From the NCBI RefSeq assembly GCF_000143415.4, contig NW_003314268.1, positions 325,117 through 389,116 of the forward strand: a DNA stretch of 64,000 nt, written 5' to 3'. The notes under the pieces are model-generated. The model worked only from the letters and a program-made list of their open reading frames with translations, had not been told where the DNA came from and ran no database searches. This document shows positions 19,920 through 34,514 of the stretch, piece after piece. A program made the translations under genes and the position numbers. Source of the DNA: Selaginella moellendorffii. Its lineage: Eukaryota; Plantae; Lycopodiophyta. Positions within the stretch are counted from its first letter, which is position 1. Each line of letters starts with the position of its first letter.

Positions 19920-22900
19920 AAATAGCTATTTAGCATGGCACTAGTGGATCCTTCCTAGGCATGATTGTAAGTGGATTAACCAAGACTATAAGGATTACTT
20001 TATTAGTTCAAGTAGTCATTCTTATGCTCTCTTATAAACTTTTCTTGGATTGGACTAAAGGCAGTATGAACACAAACTGAAGGGTTGGTCAAAGTTATCA
20101 AGGACAAAGGATGAAATATAAAAATTAATTTTTCTTCTTGGAGAGATGATTTACAATGAAGTATGACTCATTACTCATATTCACATCATGCAATCAAGAG
20201 TTCCTATCTTATAGTTATGGTGGTCTTACAAGTGGTGAGTCATGGGATGGATAACAATAGAGTGCTAAACCATTTTATTTAGACTTGCTATTGAAGACTT
20301 AGGTTATAATACTCAATTTTTTTCTGGGAACCTTACTATTATTTCTTGAATAGCTTGGTGTTGGATTAGTTTTGAGTTTGGTCAGAAGAGAGTGGCATGA
20401 GATTATCCATATCGTTAATAAAAGTTAGTGGTGTTTAGTGTTGTAAATCTTTATCGGTGGGGTATGGCATTTATGCTACATTTTGTCGAATAGAGTTAAA
20501 CTTTTGAAGTAATAATGTGGTTTGTTTGTGGTGTTGCTCAATTAATGGTCAAGTCATTGTGATTTCCATATAATATCCATGTGGTCATGAACAATGTGTT
20601 TACAAAATTGCTTGGTTAAATGATAATCAACCCCAAAGTGATTGATAGTGAAACTAGTTTACTTGCATGTAGTAGTATTATAGTAATTTTGACTAGATTC
20701 TCAATAGTGATCAATTATGCTAAGCTTAAGTTGGTACTTTATTTTCTTGAGGGTTGCCTATTATGTGTTAGAAAAGGTTCTAGCATTAATTTGCTATGGA
20801 TTGTTGATAAATCTATTAGCATTTCAAATAGATTGTTCGATGGAGAAGGTGTGAAGCTAAGGTATTGACATTACTAGCACTAGTGTTAGTGGAAGTGACA
20901 TTATTGTTTAGATAATGAGGAACTTTCTTAAGAGCTTGATTTCCCATGTCATTTTTTTTTAAATGTTTTAGCTTCACATTAGATTTTGAAAGTGATTGAA
21001 GAAGAGTGTTAGTGCAATGTGGATATCCGAAGATATAGTTTTTGTGATTGAGTCTTGGATATTCATTTTGCATAATGTTCAATATTTAAATATACTGTTA
21101 AGTCATAAGAATTTGTGTTAGGTGAACTTATATGAAGTTATAAATAGGAAAAAGTTGGTTGAGTCTTGAAATTTTATATTTCTAGATTGAGAGTTATTCT
21201 TCCTTTAGGATGGAAATTTTCCATAAATTTTCTTAAACTTTTCCAATAGATGATTTGCTGATCACTTTGCCTGAAAACCATTTCATTTTTGAAAGCCATT
21301 ACAAAATAGTGAAAGGGTTGGAGTTGACTTTGGTTAGATTAAACCTTAGTAGGTAATTTGTATGATGTGACCCAATTCCATCTTTAACAATATCATTTAG
21401 TTGTATTTAGTCTATAGTGTTGGATTTCATTGAGTCTTGGATATAGTGATTCATTCTTTGATGAAGTGTTTTTTGTAATTGAGTATTGTTGAAAGATTGA
21501 TCTCAGATACTAAATGTAGTATCTTTGACTTTGGTTAGCTCGGTTTTTAAAGAGTTTTGAGTGGTGATTTGCTTTTACTTTCTTCTAGTTTTGTTCTAGT
21601 GTTGATGGCATTGAAGTGATGCTTTGTCATTGACATTGTTCATATTGAGATTCGAGTGAAATGAGATGTCTCTCCAAGGATTGATATTGAGTTTCATTAG
21701 TTTCGATATAAATAATATTGATGATTTGGTTATAACTTTGTGTTATTGGCATTCATGCATTTACTAGTTAGCAACTATGTGTTAGTAACTAAAGAGAACA
21801 ACTTAAAAGACGATCCATGGGGTTTAAATATAGTTTATAAATAAGAGTGCATCTCTTTTTTTAATTAGTTAAGGGTTTTAGGAATCCTTAAATTTGAATA
21901 ATACTGGGCTAGATGACCTTTTAGGAAGTTCAAATTTAGGAATTTATACTATGTTAGCATTTAAACAAGTTGAGTGGCAAGTTGAGTTAGTTGTGTTCTA
22001 GATAAGATTGTTTAGTAGGTGTTGAGCTTTAGCTTTTCCTTGAAAAGTAATTTAATTATGGACTATACTAACTTTACAAAAGGACGAGTTAATGATCAAT
22101 ATGAGAGTGTTTGAATCCTTGTTAGATTTGAGTTGGGATATATCGATTATTAATGTTTTTTTGTGCTTATTATGAAAGTGAGTTATGTTTTATATATAGA
22201 TGGATTTATGGAGAATTATTTAGTGGTCACTTGTTGAGTATAACTTCATTGTGCTTGGCTTTTGGATTGATATAGACATGCTCTTCATTAGCTCTTGCAT
22301 TAAGAAGTATATCCTATGGATATGTTAAGGAGGATGTTATGGGTTATACCATGATTTCTTTTTAGCATTGAAACTAGTTTATGCAAGACTCATGATCATT
22401 GTTAGGCAAAACTTGGTTATATGTTTCCTTGAGTTTTTAGTTTTTTGAGTTTTATGCTCATTGCTTCATTTGTTAGGAGTTGTTGGGAAAGGCATTTTTG
22501 GCTATTAACTTTGATGTTGAAGTTAACTTTTGCATTTTGGTAATTATTGGTGATGATTGACTATTATATAAGATAGTTGATTATTCTTATTGAGGGTTTT
22601 TGCTAGATTATTATTGATATAGAATGATTTGCCATTCTTCAGGATGATGGATTATTATTTTAACGATGATTGTACATCTTTCTATTGACCACATGTTCTT
22701 TATGGTTTGTTCTGAATTGATTTCTTAGGTTTGAAATATTAGTAGGATGTTTGCTTGAGCAACTCTGATATTTTGGTGTTGTTGACTAAGATCTATTCAA
22801 ATTGCCTAGTGTGATAGTTGATATAAATAAGTGTTTGTTTGCTTTGCAACATTCATTCTGTTTTGCTAAATGTTGCTATATTGGTTTTGATAAATTAAAT

Positions 22901-25470
22901 GTTATTTTCTTTAAATGATACATTTGTGAGTATTTTACTTGTCAATCAATGATACTTTATGTTCTTTGAGCTGTCTTTCGTAAGTTATTTGGCATACTGT
23001 CTGTAATATTTAACTGTTAAGTTTTATCATTGAGTGTTCTTGATGGTACAATTGCTATTGAATTTTTTTGGATGGCGACTCCTATGTTTTCCAATTATGA
23101 TGATCTTGGTGGTTTCTATATTATAATACTTGTTTATCGGATGATAACTTACTTGGAATACTCTCGTGTTCTACTCTAAGATTTGATCACTAATAACTTA
23201 AGTCTTTCAGATATTATTATCTTTGACTTTGATATTATGCAAGCCACAATTTTTTTTTCCAATTTGTTAACTTAACTCATCTATCCAACCACCACAGCCT
23301 TGGCCTTGGTTAAGTTCTCTTACCAAGGTTCCCACTTATTGTATCAACTCCTACTTGGTTCTACTTAGTCTCAACAACTCACTACACGAGCAACAAAGTG
23401 TTATCCATCTATTCCATGGATTCCTAAATTCTTTCCCAATCCCCTTCCCTGGGTTAGACTGGACTTAAGGTTCAGTTATACTCCTCACAGGTATAAGCAG
23501 CTAAGCACACAAAGCCTCCAAATTCTTACCATCCTTTGGTACAACAAGACTTTGATCATAAGACCCTTTAAATCCCAAGCCTTGGGTGCAACATTTGTTT
23601 TAGGACACCAAGGGGAAACACCGTGGCCTAATGGCCCGGTATAGGTACCCCTACTCCCCCACTTTTATCCCGAAGGGAAGGCCCAAACCCCTAGAAAAAG
23701 CAAAGACCAATGAGTTGTAAGGTACTCAAATAGAGCACCATTCCACATGAGCCGAGAACACTACAGTCGATTTCCCTTTTGGGAGTGGGAGTTACTTTTA
23801 AGCACTTCCTTGGATGGCCCCTTTAGCACCACTCGAGTCTATGCTCACTCCCACCCAAGGCCCATAAACCCTAGTCTCAACCTCAAGTTAGTTCAGAAAC
23901 ACCACTAGAGAGTTCCTTCAAGACTGATTTCTAGACCTCACTATCTCTACTATACTTTTGGAACCCCTTTCAGCCCCCCTTAGCTATTTACAGTAGTCTA
24001 TTTAAACCTTATTGATGGGTTTGGTTTCTTTGCTTATGAGGGTTAAGGCCTCTAACTTCTCTCTCTATGTCTTTGCAAGCATGGGTGTATCATACTTTTA
24101 TAAGTTGGGTGCCACCTAAAACAACAAGGGTGGCTAACTCCATTAGTCATTTCCTTGTTGGTGATGGCTGGAAGGTGTCTGACTTGGTAGCTGCATTTAT
24201 ATTAGATAGAGAGGTTACCTTAACTCATTTAAGTTGGTGCATTTTCACATAGTGTGATCATTGTGAAGTTTTTTTAGAGTTGTTTCTTTATCGGTGGTTT
24301 AGACTAGAGTGTGTATTGATGAGGATATTGACCTTTCCTAAGAGGGGGACAGTGTTGCAAATATGATTACGAGTATTGAAAGTTATCCATTGGCTAGTCC
24401 TTTTGGATATTCTTTCTTTACTGCCACGACACTAAAAGGTTGGTATTGCTAGATCTTTTATCAATCTCCACTCAAACTAGTTGAGAAACTAGTCAATTGC
24501 TATGTACTTAAATCAAATAAACGTAAGGTAGGAATTCCTATGTGTTTTTTGCTGAGCATACTCAGCCTGGTTTGAGAAACTTCTGTCATTAACTTGCACT
24601 TGTTAGTGTTGAGAACCCCCATAATATTGAGCTTGGTCCCTCAATATTGCTAGATAATAGCTTACCATGTTTGCTAAACACCCTCGCTATTATGCACATG
24701 GTGTTAGTTTAGTTCAATCCCAATTGCTATTTATGGAAAGTGTCTAGATTTGCTAATTTGGTATATCCATAGAATGTAGAGATTGTCTTAAAAACAGTAG
24801 TGTTCATCTCATGTTCAAATTTACAATTTAGTGCCATTCCATATTTAGTAATTTTTGAGTTACTTCTAGAGACTAACTCTTGGTAGTAAGGCTAACTATG
24901 GGTGAAAACTTTAAGCATGCGTTCCTTAAGACGGGGGGGTGGTGGTGGTGGTGGTTATGGGGGGTTTCAAATGTATAGTAGGGATAGTGGGTAGGTCAAG
25001 CATACCTGATCAATCTGAGGCATAGTTTAGATCCCATTTGCATGTCTGTCCTTGTTTTATATCTAGCTTGGATCTAAGGCCAAATTCCACACTATGCTAG
25101 CTAATAGAGTACCTATATCCTCGCATTAGACCACCGGTATGCTAAAATAATTCCAGACTCCATTTGGCTCCATTTTGCATGCTAATCCTAGCATTAAAAT
25201 GCTAGATGCTCTAGAACTATTCTAAGTCACTTCATGCTCCTGTCCCTTCACTCCTTGGGCTGAACACTCAGGAGTCTCTCCGTACTCTAGTTCCTTCACT
25301 CCTTGACTGCAAGATTGGGAATTTGGCTTTGTACCTTTATTTAGTGGCCTAAGACCTTGAAACTCAGATTTCACTCCATTGTCATTAGGACACATGGCAT
25401 ATGACATGTGGCATATAAAGGGTTATGTTCTGCTTTGTGGTTATCCTAATAGGATAAAGGGTGAAAACCA
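19920..25470 (+). mobile_element. Decayed LTR-retroelement remnant ending in an LTR (~24955-25470)
   Basis: 19920-21500 is homologous in inverted orientation to about 30400-33230. A G-rich PPT-like tract at 24927-24950 precedes a repeat that is the reverse complement of 29860-30395. No intact ORFs. Confidence 0.5.
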
Positions 25471-25489
25471 CATACACTATAAAAGTGTT

Positions 25490-25885
25490 GCAAATTACTT
25501 TGAATATCAGTGAAATCAAAGTTGGTAGATTCTTGGCTAGCACTGGATTGGCATCTCCACTAGAACTACAAGAGGAGGAAATGATGATGACCCACTTTTG
25601 CTTCACATTCACTTTGGCATGATCATAGCTTTATACTTTGATTGGAGATCCAAAAACTTTAATTTCCTTGGACTTGGAATGTTGTCTACCTTCACCCACA
25701 CCTGAAAGAAGAAACTCTGATCGTTCAATTACATTAATGTTGTTGTGAATCATAGCCTCCAATGAAATAGAACCAAGAGAAAGCTCAAAATGTTGACAAA
25801 GAAAGTTTTTTGAAACAAGACTTTAGGAGAAGGAAAGTGTTGGGTGATCTTGGTAATATAGAAGAAAATTCTCCATTTTGTTGCC
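25490..25885 (-). pseudogene. MULE transposase 5' fragment (copy 2)
   Basis: Colinear similarity to 19200-19550 (cttttgcttcacattcactttgg...ggagatcc...cacacc...aagaagaaactc). Confidence 0.7.
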
Positions 25886-26139
25886 TTTAGGTTTTGAAAG
25901 CTTGAACTTTTATAATAAGGTCTATCAAAATTATAAAAAGACTATGTTGTTATCCATTAATTAAAGTTTACATTGACATGTTCAAGTAGCTCTAATTCTC
26001 TTTCAACTTCAACTACACCTCTAGTAGCACCATTATTAAATCTATCCCCCAACTTAGACCCAACACCCCCCTCAAGCACACCTAAGCATTACTCCTTAAT
26101 GTAGCTAGTTTTTACCATATTTTATGAATATTTTAAGAG

Positions 26140-26305
26140 TAGTGGCATTTGAGGTGGTGGTAGTAGCACTAGTGGCAGCAATAGTGGTGATAACAATGGT
26201 AACAATGGCATTGGTGGTGGTGATGATGGTGGTGGTGGTGGTAATGGTGATGATGAAGGTAGTGGTGGTGAAGGTGGTGGTGGTGGTAATGGCAGTGGTG
26301 GCAAA
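26140..26305 (+). repeat. Degenerate (GGT/GAT)n microsatellite
   Basis: Runs of ggtggtggt and gatgat. Confidence 0.85.
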
Positions 26306-26740
26306 AATGGGGGTGGATGTGGATTGGAGCCATTTGGTTCCGGAGTTAACAATGTGGATGATAGAGTTGTCATTATGGAAATCTCAATCTAAAGGTCAAA
26401 TTGATTGTTGTCTTTCATCTCATCTTCCTCATGTCTTATTCTCTTTGATCAAACATCTTTATCCTTTTGTAGTTGTGAAAACAAGAAAAAAAAATCATTG
26501 AAAAGGAAAAAACAAAATGCATATGAAGTGGTTGTATGATAGTTGTCCACTAGTACACCATTTTGGTGGGCCACTTAGGCAAGCTTGGCCCATACTGAGC
26601 ATGTATGGGCTAGTTCAACTTAGCATGGTCGTGGCCCGTCCACCCCATATGGCATATCGCAGCTCGGGCGCTCGGCCAAGCTTGAGCTGCAGCATGCCAC
26701 ATGAGGCAGACGGGTGTGGTGGTGTTGATCTGGGTGCACA

Positions 26741-27040
26741 GGCCAGTTCACTGGTGTACCAGGCCCGGCTGAGCACCCAAGCTGCGCAGGCTGATTCACT
26801 AGAGTACCAAGCCCGGCCAAGTGCCTAGACTACTTGGGCTGGTTCGCTGGCATATTGGGCCCAGCCAAGTGCTCAAGCTGCCCATCCTGTGCAGGCCAGT
26901 TCCCCAGCATACTAGGCTTGGCCAAGCGCCTAGGCCATAGTGTGCCGCATGGGGTGGACAAGCTGCAACGGTGCCAATGCAGGCACGCAGGCTGGTTCAC
27001 TGATATATTGGGCCTGGCTGAGTGCCCGAGCCACCCATCC
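26741..27040 (+). repeat. Degenerate ~48-bp GC-rich tandem repeat, about 5 copies
   Basis: Units begin GGCYRRTTC at about 26741, 26789, 26837, 26894 and 26989; differences are mostly C>T and G>A. Confidence 0.65.
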
Positions 27041-30000
27041 TACACATGCTAACTCATCTATGGTGCACATGGTCTGTGGCACACATAGGCCATGGCACTG
27101 TGCTACACAGGATGGACGGCCCAGCAAGGTTGCCCCATGACAATGCCGCAGTCATTGTGCTCTACACTGCAAAACACTACTGCCCACGTGCCCTGCACGG
27201 CATGCTATCCAGGCCAGGCTGCCACCCACACATGGTTTTCCGGCATACCGTTGGGCATAGCATCATGCCAGGTAGGGCATGGCAGCTGCAGCATCATGCC
27301 GTGCAGCACACTGTGCTGGGCCTTCTGCCCCACGTAGCACTACACCACGGTCTACGTGCACCGCCCAGCATGCCATCCTGGCTAACCCGGTACACTATGG
27401 GCCAAGACGGCATATTGCTTGCCGGTGCCCACGCACGGTTCGCTGACGTACTGTTGGGTGTTGCATCATGCTGGGCAAAGTGTGGTAGCTGTGGCATCGT
27501 GCCATGCGGCATGCTGTGCTGGGCCATCTGCCCTATGCAAAACAGTGCCATGGCCCATGTGTGCCACCTAGCATGCCATCCTAGCCGAGTGAGTGCACCA
27601 TGGGCTAGGACAGCACACCACGTGCCGGCACCCATGCACGGTATATTGGCGTACTGTGGGACGCAGCATTGTGTGGCACGGGGCGCGGCAGCTGAGGATG
27701 AGGCATGTGGGCATGGCCTGTGCGGCACAATGTGGGGGGCAGCCTAGCCTCCACAGTGCAGTGTGGTGCTTGGCCAAGCCCACCTGTTCTTGCTTGAGCG
27801 TTTGCAGCAATAGCACATAGCCTAGTTTGCACAGCGAGCGTGGAGGTGGTGGCACAGCTGCATGGAGCGAGATTGAGGTGGCACTACAAGAGGGAGGAGG
27901 AGAAAAAAATGATTTACTCTTGGTGGTATTGTTTTTGATGTCAATGGATTCCACAAAGTTGCCATCTTCCACTCTACTTTCTATAAAAACTTTAATGCTA
28001 GCAGTTGCCCTAACCCTAACCTAACTTTCATCACAGCTGTTCATTGTGAATGTAGTAAATTTTATATGTCCATTTGTTTCTGCAATTATTTGCTAGCAAT
28101 CTATAATTTCTACTCCATATTAGATTTGATCACATGACAAAGTCCTTTTGAGTTATAAATTAATAATAGAGGTGTGCTATAATATAGAACTGCATAACTC
28201 CCGCCATCAGATGCTTCTTTTGCTTGTCGAGGAGTAGAATAACTCTGTTTGCCAAAACTTTCTACCTTCAGTAGCGAACTCGTGGGTCTCAAAATAAATG
28301 AATGTTGTTCTCCGGTTCTGCAAAAAGGAGTATTTCCATGAGAGAGACTAAACAAGTAAAACATTCAAACCTGAGACATAGATTTGGGAGTTTGTCATCT
28401 TCACCAGTTTCCACACATGAAACAGGAATTGGCTGTGAAACTGCACTTGGGCTAGTCGCTTGGCATATGATGCTAATTGAATCAATATAAATACAGACAT
28501 CGGACACATTACAGAGATATGCTCTTGTGGCAGTAAGTTAGTCCCTTTTATCTTTTTCATTCCACTTTGAAATCCTTGTCCTTGCAAGTAATGGTAAAGC
28601 ACTTGAAGAATTGATCTATAACATCACAAAAAGCAAGCTCTCTTTCAACGAACAAACCTTTTGCTTGAAGCTCCTCAACACTTGGCATCGTAACGATGAT
28701 AAGAGGATGGAGAGCAAACTTGAGAATGTGACTGCCATAATGTGGAAATAATCTGACAACTATATGTTAATTGCAGTACAAAATTATAAATGAGAATTAT
28801 GTGTTTTGTTGCACATCATAGAATCTTGTTATAAAATATAAAATTCTTATAATCATAAGGTGTTACTTCCAAAGCAATATGATAGATAATTTACTATAAG
28901 TGATAGATAGTAGTACATAAATGGAATATATTTAAATGAGTTTAGAAGAATATGATGATTTCTAGCTTTAATGAAGTACTGAAAATATGTACAATATTTA
29001 ATTTTTTTGGCAACAGATCCTAGAATAAAATCATTCCTATCTTTCACATTATGTCACATGTTTGAGCTGAAAGTTAATCTATATAATAACTTTGAGCATG
29101 TTTTTTAATTCAATGATACATACTTTAAATATTATACAACATAGTCCTCTATACTTTATATAGACTTTATTATAACAATGTCAATTGATGGTAGATCCTA
29201 GAATAAAATCACCCTTACCTTTCACATAACAACAAATTAGTAATGGCATATGTTTGAGGTGATATTTCTTTTCATTGTAAATCTAAGTACTCTATATAAT
29301 AACTTTGAGCATGTTTTTGAATCTGGTATAAAGATTACAAAATGTGGATAAGTGCTTCCAAGAGACGGTTTTGAGAACTAAAGAGAAAGCCATTCACACA
29401 ATTCTAGAGTTTCTCAAGTGGTCCCAGAAGACATGATCCGAGATATCCCACTATGTCAATTCACTTAGACAAACATTGTTCAGTCTATTTCACCTCACTT
29501 TGTCAATATAGACATTTATAGTTTGTAGAAATAGAACGGCCTTGAGACAAACATAAGTATGTTCTTCGGTCTTCAAGCTAGGAACAACAAATATCCTCTT
29601 GGTTTCATTGGAAATCGAGTGGGTTTGGGATGGCATTTGGAAAATAAAGTCTTACAATTTGGATAACATGTTTATAAGTTGTTCTGAAACAATAATTTAT
29701 GGGGAAAATGTTCTACATTATCGATGAGAATCATCGTTAGACATATACATGCGAGAGAATCTCTAGATATGGACTTCCCGAGAGGTCACTTAGCTCAGTA
29801 CTATTCAAACCCAAAGATGCTTAACTTTAAGTATCTCAAAACTATAGCGCACGTACTTTTTACCCTTTATCCTATAGTGATTTACCATATGATAACCACA
29901 AAGCGAAACTTAAACCCTCCATATGCCACATGTCATATACCATATGTCACATGCCACATGTCCAAAAGACAGTGGTGTGGAACCCAAGTTTCAGGGCCTT

Positions 30001-31045
30001 GGGCCACTGAACAAAGGAACGGTGCCAAACTCCCAAGCATAGAGCCAAGGAGCAATGGCATTAGAGCATGGAACAACTCCTAAGCATACAGCCCAAGGAG
30101 CAAAGTACAGAGTAACTTGGATTAGTCCTAGAGCAATTAGCATCTTAATGCTAGGACTAGCAGGCAAAACGGAGCCAAACAGAGCCAAATGGAGTCTAGC
30201 GCTATTTTGGTATACCAGTGGCATAACACAAAGATATGGGTACTCCACCAACTAACATAGAATGGAACTTGGGCTTAGACTCAAGCCAGATGCAGAACAA
30301 GGACAGGCACGCAAGCGAGAGCTAAACTATGCCTCAAGTTGGTCAGCCATGCCCGACCTATCCACTATCCCTACTATACATTTGGAACCCTCCATAGCCC
30401 CTCTTAGTTAGTATTTGAGACTAGTTTTTCAATAATACTCAACTACAAATAACACTTCATCAAGGAGTGATTCACCACATCTAAGACTCTATAAAACAAA
30501 CTAAATGTAACCAAATAATATCGACAAAGGAATTGACATGCTAACATGGAAAAACCATATAAACCACAACATGATCCTCCGTAACACCATCTGGTAAAGC
30601 AAGCCTATCACCAATAAATCTTCATTGAGCAAAGCAAGTGTCAACAGTCTTTGACAAAGTCTAGAACTATTCACTAGTCCTAAAGTAACTAACAGTCACT
30701 TTTCAACTTGCCTTCACAAGACCCCAAACACTAAACTCACATCATCGAGTCATATGCTTATCCAACATGAATGTATTACCTTAAGTACGAGATAAAAGTT
30801 CATGGATAAGCATGAACTAAATGACCACTCGAATCCAACTCAACTGCAATAAGCTCATTAATGCGTTTAGTCAACAACTCTGAGCATGCCTTGAAAAAGT
30901 TAGCTATGCATAATCAACACTCAGTTGAAACTAAAGTGAAGACTATGAAATGGATTCATATTGGTACACAACCTCCTCATAGATAAAGTTATAATATAGG
31001 TATCAACATCTCAACTGCAAATAACTAAGTGAAGTTTTTAACCAT

Positions 31046-31145
31046 NNNNNNNNNNNNNNNNNNNNNNNNNNNNNNNNNNNNNNNNNNNNNNNNNNNNNNN
31101 NNNNNNNNNNNNNNNNNNNNNNNNNNNNNNNNNNNNNNNNNNNNN
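31046..31145. other. Assembly gap (100 N)
   Basis: Run of N. Confidence 1.
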
Positions 31146-31902
31146 GATTCTCTAATCGTCGCTCAACTCCAACCCCTTCACTAGTTTGTGACTAGCTTAC
31201 AAAAACACAAAAGTTTTCGGACAAAGTGATCAATAGATCAGCCATTGGAAAGGCCTAAGAAATTTGTGGAAAAATTTTCCATCCTAAAAAAAGAATGACT
31301 CTTAGTCTAGAAATGCAATTTTTCAGAACTCAACCAACTTCCTTCTACCTAGAACTTCACATATGTTCAACTCAACACAATTTCTCATGACCTAAAACAT
31401 GCTTAAACATCAAACATCATGCCCATATTTCTGACATCCAATATCGACATCTGCAAAAATGCAAAATGAACATCTAAGGCTTGATCATGAAGACCATATT
31501 TTCGGATATCCACATTGCATTAACACTCTTTTTCAACCACCTTCAAGATCCAATGTGAAGCCAAAACATTAATAAGAAAAATGACATAGAAAATCAAGAT
31601 CTAAGGAAAATTCCTCATCATTTAAACTAATAATGCCACTTCTACTAACACAAGTGCTAGTGATGTCAATGCCTCAACTACACACCTTCTCTATCCAATA
31701 ATCTACTCCAAGTGCTAACAGATTAATTGATAAGTCATAGTAAGTGAATGCTATAATCTTTTCCAACACCGTATTGGGCAAACCCTCAAGGAAACAAAGT
31801 ACCAATATAAATTTAGCATAATGGACCACCATCAAGAATCTAGTCAAAGCTATTTCAATGTTATTATATGTAAATAGACTAGCGTCACCATCAACCACTT
31901 TG

Positions 31903-32406
31903 TGTAAACTCTTGAATTTGGACTTTCTAGGAAGTCACCTATCCCAGTATTATTCAAACCCAAGGACACGTAACCTTAAATATCCCAAAACCCTTAACCA
32001 ATTGGAAAAAAGGGTGTATTTTTGTTCATAAACCCTTTCCTTTTATATTTTAACCCTATGGATCATCTTTTAAGTCATTTTCTTTGGTTGCTTATAATCT
32101 ATCACGCTTCCTTGCAAGTTTATGCAGGAGTAAACTGGACCAGCCAGATGTCATGGGTGTGATTCCTCTAGCCAACCAACAGAGTCAGACTCGAGACTGT
32201 TCCGATACCAAATGTAAGCTCTTGAATTTGGACTTTCTAGGATGTCACCCATCCCAATACTATTCAAAACCAAGGACATTTAACCCCAAGTATCCCAAGA
32301 CCCTTAACCGATTAAAAAAGGGGGTGCACTTTTGTTCATAGGCTCTTTCCCTTTATATTTGAACTCTATGGATCATCTTTCAAGTCGTTCTCTTTAGTTG
32401 CTTACA
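31903..32406 (-). mobile_element. TRIM-like miniature LTR retrotransposon (504 bp)
   Basis: 194-bp direct repeats at 31903-32096 and 32213-32406 (TGT...ACA/ATA), a 116-bp core with PBS TGGTATCGGAAC on the minus strand (32199-32210), and a 5-bp TSD CTTTG. The homologous empty site is visible at about 20625-20645. Confidence 0.85.
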
Positions 32407-34514
32407 CTTTGGGGTCAATCATCGTTTATCCAAGCAACTTCGTAAATACATTGCTCATTATCACATGGATATGATATAAGTATCACAATAATTTGATCAT
32501 CAATTGAGCAGCACTACGAGCAACACCCATATCATTATTACAAAGGTTTATGTGAGTATCAAGTGTTAATGTGGTTTTTACCCTTTATCCTATGGTGATT
32601 TACCATAGGATAACACCACGAAGCGGAACCTAAACCGTCTTTGTGCCACATGCAACATAAATGCCACACTCCACTAATAGAAACTTACAACACCTAACAC
32701 CACTAACTTTTATTCACAACATAGACAAACTCATGCCACTCTTTATCTAACCAAACTCAAAGCTAATCCAACACTAAGCTACTTTCCCAGAGTTCCCATA
32801 GCAAAGTTTCCCAGAAAAGAATTGAGCATTATAACCCAAGTCTTCAATAACAAACCTAGATAAAATGGTTTAGTGCTTCACTACCATCCCACCACTTGTA
32901 AGACTATCATAACCAGCATGCATCAAGATAAAGTCTCTTGATTGCATAATGTGAATATGAGCAATGAGTCAACACCTCATTATAAATTATTTCTCCAAGA
33001 AAAGAAAATGATTTTCATGTTTGATCCTTTGTCCCTGATAACCCTCTTTTCGGTCTCATCTTTGACTAAACCTCAAGCTTGCTTTCACACTACCTTCAGT
33101 CCAATCCAAGAAAAGTTTATGAGAGAGTTCTGCAATGACTACTTGAACCAATAGACTAATCCCTATAGTCTTGATTGATCCACTCATAATCATGTCTAGG
33201 AAAGATCCACTAGTGCCTTGCTAAATAACTACGGACTAACTTATTTGCCACTTATAGCAAACCCAAGGAAAGTTTTCTTTCACTCACAATATATGGAACA
33301 ACTTATGGAACCATCGATAAGCTAATATTAATCCTGCCAACTCAAAGTGTAACCTTGAGTTGCTAATATGCCTCACTTATAAGCCCAAATGCAAACTTGT
33401 GTAAACGAAATGTCTTACATCCATCTTATGAGCCCAAGAGCAAGCTCATATAATCTAGTATGAAAGGTAACCAAATTTTATACCCAAGGAATAAATGCAA
33501 AGTCTTTACACCCAAACGTATACCCAATTGGATCATTGTTTTCATCTCAGCGGATGCAATGAGACTAGTTGCCCAATCTCATTGTATAGTACTCACTGAG
33601 ACCGCCCTCTGATACCAAATATATCATATGTGGTTTTTACCCTTTAGATTATAATGATTTACCATAGAATAACCACAAAGCAAAACCTAAACCCTCCATG
33701 TGCCACATGTCATATGCCATATGTCCAAAGGATAGTGGTGCAGAACCCAAGTTTCAGAGCCTTGGGCCATTGAACAAAAGAACAATGCCAAACTCCCAAG
33801 CATGGAGCCAAGGAGCAATAGCACTAAAGCACGGAACAACTCTCAAGCATACAGCCCAAGGAGCAAAAGAACAGGAGTACGGAGCAACTTGGATCAATCC
33901 TAGAACAACTAGCATCAATGCTAAGACTAGCACACAAAACGGAGCCAAACATAGTTTAGTGCTATTTTAGCATATCGGTGGCCTAACGCAAGGATATGGG
34001 TACTCCACCAGTTAGTATGAAATGAGCTCGGGTAGGTTTTGAGCTCATGAGCTCACGAGCTGAGCTCACGACTTCTTAAATATAAGGAAAACATTGGTTC
34101 GTCCCGAACCAACATCTTTTTATTTTTCAAATTTTGATTTAATCCATATTTCCAAGTAAATTCGACAAATAAAATACAAATATAAATATAGATCCGAACA
34201 CTAGAAACACTTTTCAAGCTTTGCAATTTTAAGGCTTGTCTGATGGATGTCATGGTCAACTTTAGGATCTTGGTTTAATTCCTGCATAAAAATGTAATAG
34301 ATGTGCTTGCAAACTATATATACCTTTCCTTTATTCTCCCTCTATGTAAAATCTGGATAGGTACAAGATGGATTTTCGCAGATTCTGATAGTGTAGCTTG
34401 TACCCTTTGATGACTCAGTCATAACAACAAACTCCTTAGCCATAGCACTGATGTAGGTTATCCTTGTGATTGTGCATTTCAATGCCTTTGCCAACTTGAT
34501 CTTCTCTTGTGCAC

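Larger units (their letters stand above)
29855..34023 (-). mobile_element. Decayed LTR retroelement (minus strand) with LTRs at about 29860-30395 and 33620-34023
   Basis: Two direct LTR-like copies. An initiator-Met-type PBS TGGTATCAGAG lies on the minus strand at about 33606-33616 and a PPT-like AAGAGGGG at about 30399-30406. The internal region has no intact ORF and contains an N gap. Confidence 0.6.

Noticed and set aside
26122-26501. Pro-rich (extensin-like) and Val-rich ORFs
   Set aside because: They are translations of a GGT microsatellite.
27022-27747. 241-aa ORF
   Set aside because: It arises from GC-rich decayed sequence open in several frames and has no protein-like motifs.
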